DNA of 64,000 nt from Candidatus Saccharimonadales bacterium (GCA_035480035.1 DATIID010000001.1:393323-457322); one strand, 5' to 3'; shown: positions 21,342 through 29,572, counted from the first letter of the stretch. Numbers and translations: made by a program. The notes: generated by a model not told the origin, from the letters alone.

Positions 21342-21518
21342 ATGAACGCCAAGACATTTGAACACAGTCCATTCAGTGACGTCTATGTGCCTTACATAGT
21401 GTCGCCAAATCGGGCATCGCGTTCCAATCGATTGAGAGCGATTTGGGAAACAATGTCTAACTCATCGTTGCCATTTATGAGCCGATGGGTCATATATACT
21501 GCTTTAAGAGGTTGGTAA
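21342..21518 (+). CDS. candidate small protein, 58 aa (MNAKTFEHSPFSDVYVPYIVSPNRASRSNRLRAIWETMSNSSLPFMSRWVIYTALRGW)
   Basis: Strong SD agagggagg 7 nt upstream. It is one codon below the apparent 60-aa cut-off of the ORF track. No family recognised. Confidence 0.45.
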   Translation: MNAKTFEHSPFSDVYVPYIVSPNRASRSNRLRAIWETMSNSSLPFMSRWVIYTALRGW

Positions 21519-21519
21519 A

Positions 21520-22980
21520 CTAAGCTTTCTTAGCTTTCGCCTTCTTAGTTATATCTTTACGTGGAAATAGCGTGCCTTTAATCGGCCGTACTACGCCTTC
21601 TTCAAACACATTTCGAATCTGAGTGGCTGTATTAGGTAAAAAGGGTTGTAGCAAGTCGGCAATCTCCAGTAGACAACAGGCTTGATAAGCCAATACTTCA
21701 CGGAGGTGGTCAGCATCACCTTCTTTACTGAGTGCCCATGGCTTTTCTTCCTCAATATATTGGTTGAGTCCACGAATTTGCTCCCAGACATCATCAAGCG
21801 CCCGATCAAATCGACAATTGTCTAGTGCCTCACCATAATCAGCGGTGTCGTGTTGAGATTCGGGAATTTCGCCAATAATGCCATTTTGATATTGAATTAT
21901 CATGGCTGCAGTTCGTTGAACGGCATTGCCCAGTTCGTTAGCTAATTCATTGTTATAAGAATCATGGAGTTTTTGCCAGCTAAAATCACCATCTTCATAA
22001 CTTGGTATATGTCTAAGTAAATAATAACGAAGAGCGTCAACGCCATATTTATCGATTACTTCTTTGGGACTTATAACATTTTTCAAGCTTTTGCTTATTT
22101 TCTTGTTGTCCAGGGTGATAAAACCATGGACGTATAAAGTTTTTGGCAAAGGTAAGCTAAGTCCGAGTAAAATACCCGGCCAAATGGCGGCATGAAATCG
22201 TAAGATATCTTTGCCGATAACTTGGTAATTGGCAGGCCAAAATTTTTTGAAATCTTGGTGCTCAGGATAACCCAAGACTGTTAGATAATTCATTAGCGCC
22301 TCGAACCAGACGTACATGACCTGAGTTTTGTCACCCGGTACCGGAATACCCCAATCAATCTTGTCCTTCGGACGAGAAATACTAATATCCTCTAGTCCTT
22401 CATTGATAACTTGCAAAATCTCATGTTTTTTGGAAGCGGGGATAATTCGTAGTGAACCACTTTCCACAGCATGTTGGATCTCTTGAGTATATTTACTCAA
22501 TTTGAAAAAATAGTTCTCTTCTTCGACTTTTTCATACTTACGGTTGTGAGCCGGACAAATGCCTTTGTTTGCACGCACCACTGCATCAGTAAAAAAAGCT
22601 TCGTCGCCGGTACAGTACCAGCCAATGTATTTACCTTTATAAATATCGGCGCTTAGATTCTTCCAGATAATTTGAGCACGTTGTTCGTGGCCAGCGTCAG
22701 TGGTTCTAATAAACCGATCATTACTAATGTTTAGTAGGGCACAAAGCTCTCGAAATTTGGCACTAACGTTATCAGCAAACTCTTTGGGTTTTAATTTGTG
22801 CTCAGCAGCTTTTTCCGCAATTTTACCGCCATGTTCATCAGTTCCAGTGCTAAAAATAACCTGATTACCATTAAGCCGAGCATGACGAGCAATGACGTCA
22901 GCTTGAATTAACTCCAACGCATGACCGATGTGCGGCTCATCGTTAACATAGGGAATAGAAGTAGTAACATAGAAGTTCAT
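21520..22980 (-). CDS. metG: methionine--tRNA ligase
   Basis: HIGH region PYVNDEPHIGHA and KMSKS-type KISKSLKN. 486 aa. Confidence 0.95.
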   Translation of the reverse strand: MNFYVTTSIPYVNDEPHIGHALELIQADVIARHARLNGNQVIFSTGTDEHGGKIAEKAAEHKLKPKEFADNVSAKFRELCALLNISNDRFIRTTDAGHEQRAQIIWKNLSADIYKGKYIGWYCTGDEAFFTDAVVRANKGICPAHNRKYEKVEEENYFFKLSKYTQEIQHAVESGSLRIIPASKKHEILQVINEGLEDISISRPKDKIDWGIPVPGDKTQVMYVWFEALMNYLTVLGYPEHQDFKKFWPANYQVIGKDILRFHAAIWPGILLGLSLPLPKTLYVHGFITLDNKKISKSLKNVISPKEVIDKYGVDALRYYLLRHIPSYEDGDFSWQKLHDSYNNELANELGNAVQRTAAMIIQYQNGIIGEIPESQHDTADYGEALDNCRFDRALDDVWEQIRGLNQYIEEEKPWALSKEGDADHLREVLAYQACCLLEIADLLQPFLPNTATQIRNVFEEGVVRPIKGTLFPRKDITKKAKAKKA

Positions 22981-22990
22981 AACGCGCCTT

Positions 22991-22999
22991 ATTATAACA
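22991..22999 (-). promoter_or_regulatory. extended -10 box TGTTATAAT, 10 nt upstream of the metG ATG
   Basis: Plus strand attataaca reads tgttataat on the minus strand. No SD. Confidence 0.5.
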
Positions 23000-23029
23000 G
23001 AATGAAAGAGGTCGTTTTACTGTCTTAGC

Positions 23030-23749
23030 TTAAGCGACAATGCCCAACTCGGCTTTCGCGTGAGGATCGCCGAACTCTTCAATGTATTGCTTAACGTTAT
23101 CAAATTGTGTAGCGCTTATCAGTTCTTCGGCTTGCAATATTTTAACCATACTTGCCACTCCCAAAGCTGGAGTAATCTCAACTCCCGTTTCAGACAGCAC
23201 TTGCGGTGCTCCACCTTCTTCGCGGTCCAGCACTACAAAATAGTCAACCACCGTTAAGCCCGCTTCACCTAAAGCTTTGATGGTGCTGATTTTAGAAGCG
23301 CCATCGGTCACTACATCGTCAAATTCAGCCACTCGGTCGCCTTGATTAAACCTACCTAGAATTGGTGTTTTGTTGCCAGTTGTTTTAAATAGATCCACCC
23401 GTGGTTGCAACAGGCTCATTTCGGTTTGATCTGCAATCATCGCCGCATAGGAAGTCATTGCTTCGGGTGTGCCAGCAAAATGATCATAAATTTCGTCAAA
23501 TTGAATATTTTCATTTTTACTAACATCGATTGCTCTTTGTTGAGCTAAGTCAACCATGTTTCCAATGATCAAATCGCGTGTTTCAACGTCGGAAATACCA
23601 GGCCTGGCATCAAAGTAGTGAGGTGACATCCGTTCGCTCTTTAATCTTGCGTACTTTTCTGGGTCTTCTTCAATTCCGAACAAACCTTCGGTATACAAAT
23701 GGACTGCGAGTTCGAGTTGTTGTTCTGGGTCTAGCAATAATTCTGACAT
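23030..23749 (-). CDS. pyrE: orotate phosphoribosyltransferase
   Basis: LKSERMSPHYFDARPGIS is the OPRT-type PRPP loop. PRTase motif VAEFDDVVTDGASK. The start was moved to MSELLL at 23749, 1 nt after the pyrF stop. The longest ORF reaches 23848. Confidence 0.8.
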   Translation of the reverse strand: MSELLLDPEQQLELAVHLYTEGLFGIEEDPEKYARLKSERMSPHYFDARPGISDVETRDLIIGNMVDLAQQRAIDVSKNENIQFDEIYDHFAGTPEAMTSYAAMIADQTEMSLLQPRVDLFKTTGNKTPILGRFNQGDRVAEFDDVVTDGASKISTIKALGEAGLTVVDYFVVLDREEGGAPQVLSETGVEITPALGVASMVKILQAEELISATQFDNVKQYIEEFGDPHAKAELGIVA

Positions 23750-23750
23750 A

Positions 23751-24581
23751 TTAAAATATCCTTTCTGCCGCCTTGGCAAATTGCTCCGCCGCGTGTTCTG
23801 GCGGAAAACCATTCTTCTTATCTGATTGCGTAACTGCACTGCCAGCAACTACAAAGTCAGCACCTGCATCAAATGCAGCTTCTGGGGTCGCAATTTGCCG
23901 TTGACCTTCGTTGGCTACACCACCCTTCAATACCATTCCGGGCACAACGGTAAGCAAACCGTCAAATTCCGAGCGAGATCTAACAATTACCAAGCCAGAC
24001 GCAGAGCAAACAACACCTGTCAGCCCAGCTTCTAGAGCGCGATACGTCCGATCCAAGACTGCCCCTTCTAGGTCTTTGCCAGTAAGTTGTTCTACTTCAG
24101 AAGGCTCATCGTCAGGTCCGCGCTTATCATCTAAAGAGGTGAGTATAGTTATCCCCAAAATTCCACCAATATTACCGATTTTATCTTCTAGGAATGGGTT
24201 TAGCTCATCTGGACTAAGGTTTGCAACCGCTTCATTTCGTCCTTCGACAGCAGCCTTCATCATAGCAACTCCACCAGAAGAATGTATTGTTATAAGTGAA
24301 GAGCCGACGCTTGCTAAGTTTCTTGCTCGATTCTTAACAGTTTCAGGTGTATCGTGCAATTTCCAATCTAACATATCTAAATAGCCTGCATTAGCCAGTC
24401 GGTTAACTGAATCCCTTACACCATCCAGATCAGCACCGTCATTCTCTTTTGCGATACCGATAAAATCCCCAACGCGTCGCATCATTTCATCAGATTCTAC
24501 ATGACTCATATTATCCAATGCCAAGATAATTCTGTCGCTTGGCTGTTGAAAGTCTTGTAAAAATGCTTCTCGAGCTGACAT
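23751..24581 (-). CDS. pyrF: orotidine 5'-phosphate decarboxylase
   Basis: OMPDC-family motifs ILALDN and DWKLHDTPETV. It lies directly upstream of pyrE. Confidence 0.7.
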   Translation of the reverse strand: MSAREAFLQDFQQPSDRIILALDNMSHVESDEMMRRVGDFIGIAKENDGADLDGVRDSVNRLANAGYLDMLDWKLHDTPETVKNRARNLASVGSSLITIHSSGGVAMMKAAVEGRNEAVANLSPDELNPFLEDKIGNIGGILGITILTSLDDKRGPDDEPSEVEQLTGKDLEGAVLDRTYRALEAGLTGVVCSASGLVIVRSRSEFDGLLTVVPGMVLKGGVANEGQRQIATPEAAFDAGADFVVAGSAVTQSDKKNGFPPEHAAEQFAKAAERIF

Positions 24582-24673
24582 TTTCCCTCACTTCTCCCAC
24601 CAATTATTAGGTATAAACATGGTAACAAATAAAAATGTGTTGAAGTAAAGTCTTTGTTACAACAAGAAATATG

Positions 24674-25381
24674 TTAACAAGCGTAGTCCTGGTCAAGCTT
24701 ACCTTTAAATTGGATAAGCCAAGTGCCGCCGCCCGTAAAATCATGACCAGTGCAATATTTTGCCGCTTGCTTTGCAGTTGTCCAAGTGGTTGCCCCCCAA
24801 TTAGGTAGGTTATTTTTCCAACTATCGGTAATAGTTTGCCATTGAACAGTGGTGCTATATATACCAACCGTCGTGACTCCAGAGTTTTTCAAGGCATCGG
24901 TTTCACCCTGCAAGCTGTTTTGGTTTTGAATTGGATCGTTTGACCAAGTATTCTGTGTTTCGACATCAAGCCACCAAGTCGAACTACGCACACCAGCATT
25001 TGCGGACGCATTGTAAGCGTATAGACCAGCATTATAACCGTAGTTGTAAGCCAAACAGTTATTATCACCCGAAGCACAAACATGTGGACTTGAAGCATTA
25101 ACATTTGAGGAACTACTATTCCAACCAGTATTTACATAAAGACTAAGACTACTGAAGTAAGACGCTTCTTTAGCCAGACAAGGACTTGTGGAATAGCCCA
25201 GACCGTTAGTAACTCCAACTACACCAAAGGCTATGCCAGTCGGTTTTTTGACACTACAATTTGGCCACGATATATCTACACCGACCGTACCAGAGCTGTA
25301 AATACCCTGAGCTGAAGCCGTACTTCCTAGCAATAAAAGACTAATGAACGACGTACTAAATATGGTTATGAATATTTTCAT
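24674..25381 (-). CDS. secreted protein, GH25/DUF1906-like glycoside-hydrolase fold suspected
   Basis: Signal peptide MKIFITIFSTSFISLLLLGSTASA. The GVDISWPNC start of the mature domain and WWLDVE are reminiscent of lysozyme-like TIM-barrel families. The assignment is weak. Confidence 0.4.
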   Translation of the reverse strand: MKIFITIFSTSFISLLLLGSTASAQGIYSSGTVGVDISWPNCSVKKPTGIAFGVVGVTNGLGYSTSPCLAKEASYFSSLSLYVNTGWNSSSSNVNASSPHVCASGDNNCLAYNYGYNAGLYAYNASANAGVRSSTWWLDVETQNTWSNDPIQNQNSLQGETDALKNSGVTTVGIYSTTVQWQTITDSWKNNLPNWGATTWTTAKQAAKYCTGHDFTGGGTWLIQFKGKLDQDYAC

Positions 25382-25461
25382 GTTTCTTTATTATAACGTG
25401 CTGACCCAGATGAATAAACTAAACAAAGTCAAATACGCTCAGCTAAACACACAGAAAGAAC

Positions 25462-25470
25462 TGTATAATA
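25462..25470 (+). promoter_or_regulatory. -10 box (tgTATAATa), 7-8 nt upstream of the ATG at 25478
   Basis: ctgtataata at 25461..25470. No SD. Confidence 0.5.
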
Positions 25471-25477
25471 ATTTATC

Positions 25478-27202
25478 ATGGTGCTACTGCTTATAAGTTT
25501 TTTGGCTGGTATATTAACTATTCTAGCGCCCTGTGTCATGCCCGTGTTACCCGTTATAGTTGGTGGCTCAATTGGCGACACTGCCAAACAAAAGTTTCGA
25601 CCATACTTAATTGCCGGCAGCTTGGCTGCTTCAATAGTCTTGTTTACTCTTCTTCTAAAAGTCAGCACCTTATTTGTTGGCTTGTCACCTAATATATTGA
25701 CCTATATTTCGGGCAGTTTAATAGTCCTGTTGGGCGTAGTGTCTATTGCACCGGAATTATGGGAAAAATTTATGATTACGCTAAACTGGCAGGCTGCCTC
25801 GCAACGATTTCTTGGCCGAGGAGAGCGAAATAAAGACAAATATGTTGGCCCAATAATTGTAGGCATAGCGCTTGGGCCAGTCTTTGCCAGCTGTAGTCCA
25901 ACTTACGCGTTCATTTTAGCATCAGTTTTACCCCATAGTTTTGTATCTGGTCTAGTTTATCTAGTCGCTTACAGTCTTGGATTGGTGCTAGTGTTACTCG
26001 TCGTGTCTCTTATAGGTCGTAAGTTTGTACGTAGATTTTCATGGGCATTCGATACACACAGTATTTTCAGACGTTCGACAGGTATTTTATTCATACTAGT
26101 CGGTATTTTAATTATTACTGGTCGTCAGATTAGTGTCGAAACGTGGATAGCCAATCACTTACCATTTGACGAGACCAGACTAGAGCAAACATTATTGTCT
26201 ACTCAACATAAATCATCAGCAACACGCGTTAACCAAAATCGTCCTCAAGCTGTTAATAGCCATGTATTAAATACTCGGCCAACAGCAGCACCCGATTTTC
26301 AAGACTTAACTAATTGGATAAACAGCCCCGAGCTAAACTTGGCGCAGTTACAAGGCAAGGTAGTGCTCGTTGATTTTTGGACATATTCCTGCATCAATTG
26401 TATCCGCACCATACCCTATGTTGAAAAATGGTATCAAACTTATCAAAAGGATGGGCTTGTGGTAATTGGCATAAATACACCCGAGTTTGCTTTCGAACAC
26501 AACCCGTCGAATGTTCAAACTGCTGTTAAAAAATATGGCATTACTTATCCTGTTGCACTTGATAATATGTATAGCACCTGGGACGCTTTCAATAATAACT
26601 CTTGGCCTGCCGATTATTTAATCGACAAAAATGGATATATTAGGTATGTCGCCCTCGGTGAAGGTGATTACGGCAAGACAGAAGAGGCTATTCAAGCATT
26701 GCTTGGTATTAACCAACGACTTAACACACCAGACTCTAACGTGCCAATCTCCCGAAGCCAAACGCCAGAAACTTACTTTGGAGGTGACAGACGAACTGGA
26801 TTCGCTGGCTATTCTATGCCCAGTTCAAATAACGGCGGATCTTATAGTTTTACACCAACCTTAGTTGATAAGTTAGCGGTAAATGAATGGACCCTAAGCG
26901 GTGATTGGGTAACAACCCCGCAGTACATCACCAGCACCGATGACAACGCCACACTTACCTTTAATGTTGCCGCAAAGGATGTTTATGTGGTAGCTACTAG
27001 CTCTGACGACCAGACCAAGCTTGTCAAAGTTACTTTACCAAATAGCAATACACAGTTCGGCGCCGATGATCCTGATGGCCTGTTACAAATCAATGGTTCA
27101 AGACTTTATCATATTGTTTCGCTCAAGCAGTTTGGAACAACGACCATTACTCTTAATGTTCCTAAGGGTACGTCACTTTATACATTTACCTTTGGAAGTT
27201 AA
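25478..27202 (+). CDS. DipZ-like fusion: CcdA/DsbD-type thiol:disulfide transporter, thioredoxin-like domain, C-terminal beta-rich domain
   Basis: N-terminal LAGILTILAPCVMPVLP is the CcdA Cys motif. It is followed by about 6 TM segments. Redoxin block VVLVDFWTYSCINCIRTIPYVEKW carries a CxxC. 574 aa. Confidence 0.8.
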   Translation: MVLLLISFLAGILTILAPCVMPVLPVIVGGSIGDTAKQKFRPYLIAGSLAASIVLFTLLLKVSTLFVGLSPNILTYISGSLIVLLGVVSIAPELWEKFMITLNWQAASQRFLGRGERNKDKYVGPIIVGIALGPVFASCSPTYAFILASVLPHSFVSGLVYLVAYSLGLVLVLLVVSLIGRKFVRRFSWAFDTHSIFRRSTGILFILVGILIITGRQISVETWIANHLPFDETRLEQTLLSTQHKSSATRVNQNRPQAVNSHVLNTRPTAAPDFQDLTNWINSPELNLAQLQGKVVLVDFWTYSCINCIRTIPYVEKWYQTYQKDGLVVIGINTPEFAFEHNPSNVQTAVKKYGITYPVALDNMYSTWDAFNNNSWPADYLIDKNGYIRYVALGEGDYGKTEEAIQALLGINQRLNTPDSNVPISRSQTPETYFGGDRRTGFAGYSMPSSNNGGSYSFTPTLVDKLAVNEWTLSGDWVTTPQYITSTDDNATLTFNVAAKDVYVVATSSDDQTKLVKVTLPNSNTQFGADDPDGLLQINGSRLYHIVSLKQFGTTTITLNVPKGTSLYTFTFGS

Positions 27203-27311
27203 TTTAAAACCAAGAATATTACTTATTGATTTATTGAGCATGGCGAAAGAAGTTACTAGTCCCCTGAGGGAATACACCCTGAAGTATTGATTGACTGCGG
27301 TGCGGATTGAA

Positions 27312-28022
27312 TCAGTAGCTAAGGCTTTGCAAAATCAGTTCTGCTGTTTTAACTTGGTCTTTACTCTTAAATTCATCAAGGGTCATTGAAGTTGGTTCAC
27401 ATGCTACAGGACCACAATTTGTTTTAGAGAATTCCCCGATAAATCGTACTGCCTGACTTGTGGTTTTACTGGCAGGATAATACGGCCCAATTTTTAATGG
27501 TTGGTTACAATCAGCCCATTTACTTAAGCCAATAGCGTAGTGGGTTAGTTTATTGTTGTTTGTTGTTCCAACTTCAGTATAAATATTCACATACAGTTTG
27601 CTGTTTAGGCCTTTGACTGAAGAGATATTATTTGCTGCTGAACAGGTTGGTGCACCACCTAAACCTTGTGTTTTAACTATATCCATATCCAAGTGGAAAT
27701 CATTGGTGGCATTTAGTACTATTTGCTCACTTATTTGAGGATTATTTGTAATATCTACGGGTACGAGATTCCAGCTTTTTGGATATCTGAATGAAAACCC
27801 TTCACTGGTCGACTTATATGTTTCCCACCCAGAATATGAGTAAGCGTTAGTCTTTGCGGTAGGTTTTGTTACTGTAGTGGCCTTTGCGGTAGCGTTGTAA
27901 GTAGTATCGGTGTTTTTCTTAGCATTCCAAACATACCAACCTACACCACAAACTATACTAATGATAACTAATATTAAGATGACTTCTATGGCTGAAAAGC
28001 CTTTGTTATTTAGTTTTTTCAT
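27312..28022 (-). CDS. type IV pilin-like protein (prepilin N-terminus plus a lineage-specific globular domain)
   Basis: MKKLNNKGFSAIEVILILVIISIV has the class III signal motif G/FSxxE. The exodomain contains GWETYKSTSEGFSFRYPKSW. Confidence 0.7.
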   Translation of the reverse strand: MKKLNNKGFSAIEVILILVIISIVCGVGWYVWNAKKNTDTTYNATAKATTVTKPTAKTNAYSYSGWETYKSTSEGFSFRYPKSWNLVPVDITNNPQISEQIVLNATNDFHLDMDIVKTQGLGGAPTCSAANNISSVKGLNSKLYVNIYTEVGTTNNNKLTHYAIGLSKWADCNQPLKIGPYYPASKTTSQAVRFIGEFSKTNCGPVACEPTSMTLDEFKSKDQVKTAELILQSLSY

Positions 28023-28031
28023 AATGCTTTA

Positions 28032-28060
28032 AGCATAAGCTTAACTGGATTTTTTGACAA
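28032..28060 (-). promoter_or_regulatory. promoter of the pilin-like gene: TTGTCA, 17-nt spacer, TATGCT, then 9 nt to the ATG
   Basis: Minus strand reads ttgtca (28060..28055) and tatgct (28037..28032). ATG at 28022. No SD. Confidence 0.45.
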
Positions 28061-28061
28061 C

Positions 28062-28086
28062 AAAAAAGCCCGACATAAAGTCAGGC
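28062..28086 (-). terminator. rho-independent terminator immediately after the distal copy of the ssrA 3' end
   Basis: Minus strand reads GCCTGAC-TTTAT-GTCGGGC followed by TTTTTT. Confidence 0.65.
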
Positions 28087-28087
28087 G

Positions 28088-28110
28088 TTTTTGGAGGAGC
28101 TGCCGGATAC
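28088..28110 (-). repeat. 23-nt direct repeat (1 mismatch) of the ssrA 3' end, att-like; partner copy at 28268..28290
   Basis: Plus strand tttttggaggagctgccggatac versus tttttggaggagctgccgggtac exactly 180 nt away. On the minus strand this is GTA(C/T)CCGGCAGCTCCTCCAAAAA. Confidence 0.8.
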
Positions 28111-28236
28111 AGGCTCTTAAGATTCGCTCGACAACGTGTCAACTTTGTCGCCACGCTCGCTTGGCAAGCAAGGAAAACTCAAATGTTCACTGAACATTTT
28201 CACCCTCTCGGGCGGCACTCGGAGCAAATTCCCAAC

Positions 28237-28265
28237 AAAAAAACTCCATCCCAAAAGGGATCGAG
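28237..28265 (-). terminator. rho-independent terminator immediately after the ssrA CCA end
   Basis: Minus strand reads CTCGATCCC-TTTT-GGGATGGAG (one mismatch) followed by TTTTTTT. Confidence 0.6.
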
Positions 28266-28271
28266 CTTTTT

Positions 28272-28647
28272 TGGAGGAGCTGCCGGGTACCGCCCCCGGG
28301 TCCATCGGTTTACAATGTTAGTCATCTACAAGTTTAGGTCATTTAGATGTAAGAAATGTAACCGGTAAATGACCAAAAAGTTACAAATCTTTGATTCAAA
28401 GTCTTAGCTAAACTAGCGAATCAATTAGTTCAGAGCAATCAGAAAATATGACATGCACTAGACGTAATCTGATGTCGCGTCAGGCACGGCTGTAATCAAT
28501 TAAGCTACAGCTAGTGCGTAGTTAGGTTTAAACAAACTAGCTACGCGATCCAAGAATTTTGCAATTATTGGGGTTTACCTATAACGCTGATAAGCGACTT
28601 GCTAACTAACTTGTAAAGGTCCAATGTCGAGCTTAAAATTCAGCCCC
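28272..28647 (-). ncRNA. ssrA: transfer-messenger RNA (tmRNA, SsrA), one-piece, 376 nt including the encoded CCA
   Basis: The 5' end GGGGCTGAATTTTAAGCTCGAC resembles E. coli GGGGCUGAUUCUGGAUUCGAC. The 3' end GGAC-CCGGG-GGCGGTA-CCCGG-CAGCTCC-T-CCA resembles E. coli GGAC-GCGGG-UUCAACU-CCCGC-CAGCUCC-A-CCA. The acceptor stem GGGGCUG/CAGCUCC contains the G3:U70 pair. The tag frame GCU AGU UUG UUU AAA CCU AAC UAC GCA CUA GCU GUA GCU UAA gives ...NYALAVA*. Its stop lies in the loop of the hairpin GCUGUA...UACAGC. Confidence 0.85.
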
Positions 28648-28756
28648 GTAAGCACATATTACCATAAAAACTATGAAAATACAAGGTTAGCAGTTAGCCC
28701 AAGGTGTTAAATATCATACAGCAGTATCAGTTCAATTACCGTTTAATTAATACCTA

Positions 28757-29572
28757 ATGGAGAAAACCGACAAACCTTATGCTTTATTTGATATTGATGA
28801 TTCGATGTACGACGGATTATCGCTTATACCTTTAATGAATTGGCAGGTTAGTAATGGCATTATAACTCCTGAATCACTATGGGAATCAGAGTTCGCTCGA
28901 GTTGGCTATCGAGAAGATCGCGGTAATTTCCAACACGAAAACGCTACTCAAACCCTACTCCAGCTTTACGCACAGGCATTAAAGGGTGCGCGATATTCCG
29001 ACGTCCAAAGTTCAACCAATGAGTTCTACAAACAAACTAATGGATTCTATGACTTCGTTGCACCGACTGTTGAAGCGTTATCCAAGACCCATGATATTGC
29101 GATTGTTACAGGTGAGCCGCAATTTATCGCCGAGGCAGTAAAAAATAGATTTAGCATCGAAACTAGTTTTAGTAGTGAATATGAGGTGGACGAAGGTTTT
29201 GTTACAGGTGCAATAACTTCCTATCTAGCTACTCGTCATGAAAAACGTGAAGCTATAGCGCCATTTGTAAATAGTCGTCGATACGAGGGTTCGTTTGCAT
29301 TCGGTGATTCAGATAATGATACTGAGATACTAAAGGCCGCTGAGCATGCCGTTTGCATTAAGCCTAATGCTCGTTTAAATATTACAAAGAAAGCTCATGA
29401 GATAATGCATCGAGACCTTATCGCTCTGGGAGTATCACCTTACGATATGAGTGTTGTAGTTAAACCTCACGATTGGACAATAATACCGGCCGACCAATTA
29501 ACATCCAACGCCGTTTTAGGCGTGGTACAAAAACATTACGACAGTAATCAACAACCCGATAAATCAGTTTAG
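28757..29572 (+). CDS. HAD-superfamily hydrolase (HAD-IB/SerB-like)
   Basis: Motif I FDIDDS and motif IV GDSDNDTEIL. 271 aa. Confidence 0.6.
   Translation: MEKTDKPYALFDIDDSMYDGLSLIPLMNWQVSNGIITPESLWESEFARVGYREDRGNFQHENATQTLLQLYAQALKGARYSDVQSSTNEFYKQTNGFYDFVAPTVEALSKTHDIAIVTGEPQFIAEAVKNRFSIETSFSSEYEVDEGFVTGAITSYLATRHEKREAIAPFVNSRRYEGSFAFGDSDNDTEILKAAEHAVCIKPNARLNITKKAHEIMHRDLIALGVSPYDMSVVVKPHDWTIIPADQLTSNAVLGVVQKHYDSNQQPDKSV

Noticed and set aside
28088-28290. Possible CRISPR-like array, suggested by two identical 23-mers with regular spacing
   Set aside because: There are only two copies. The repeat is the tmRNA acceptor/T-stem sequence, and no cas genes are present. An att-type duplication explains it better.
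28054-28368. Three overlapping ORFs in the track (28054..28368 +, 28117..28305 -, 28136..28321 +)
   Set aside because: They lie over the tmRNA 3' end, its duplicated tail and two terminator hairpins. They have no SD and their repetitive translation (FGGAAGYR twice) simply mirrors the 23-nt repeat. I treat them as non-coding.
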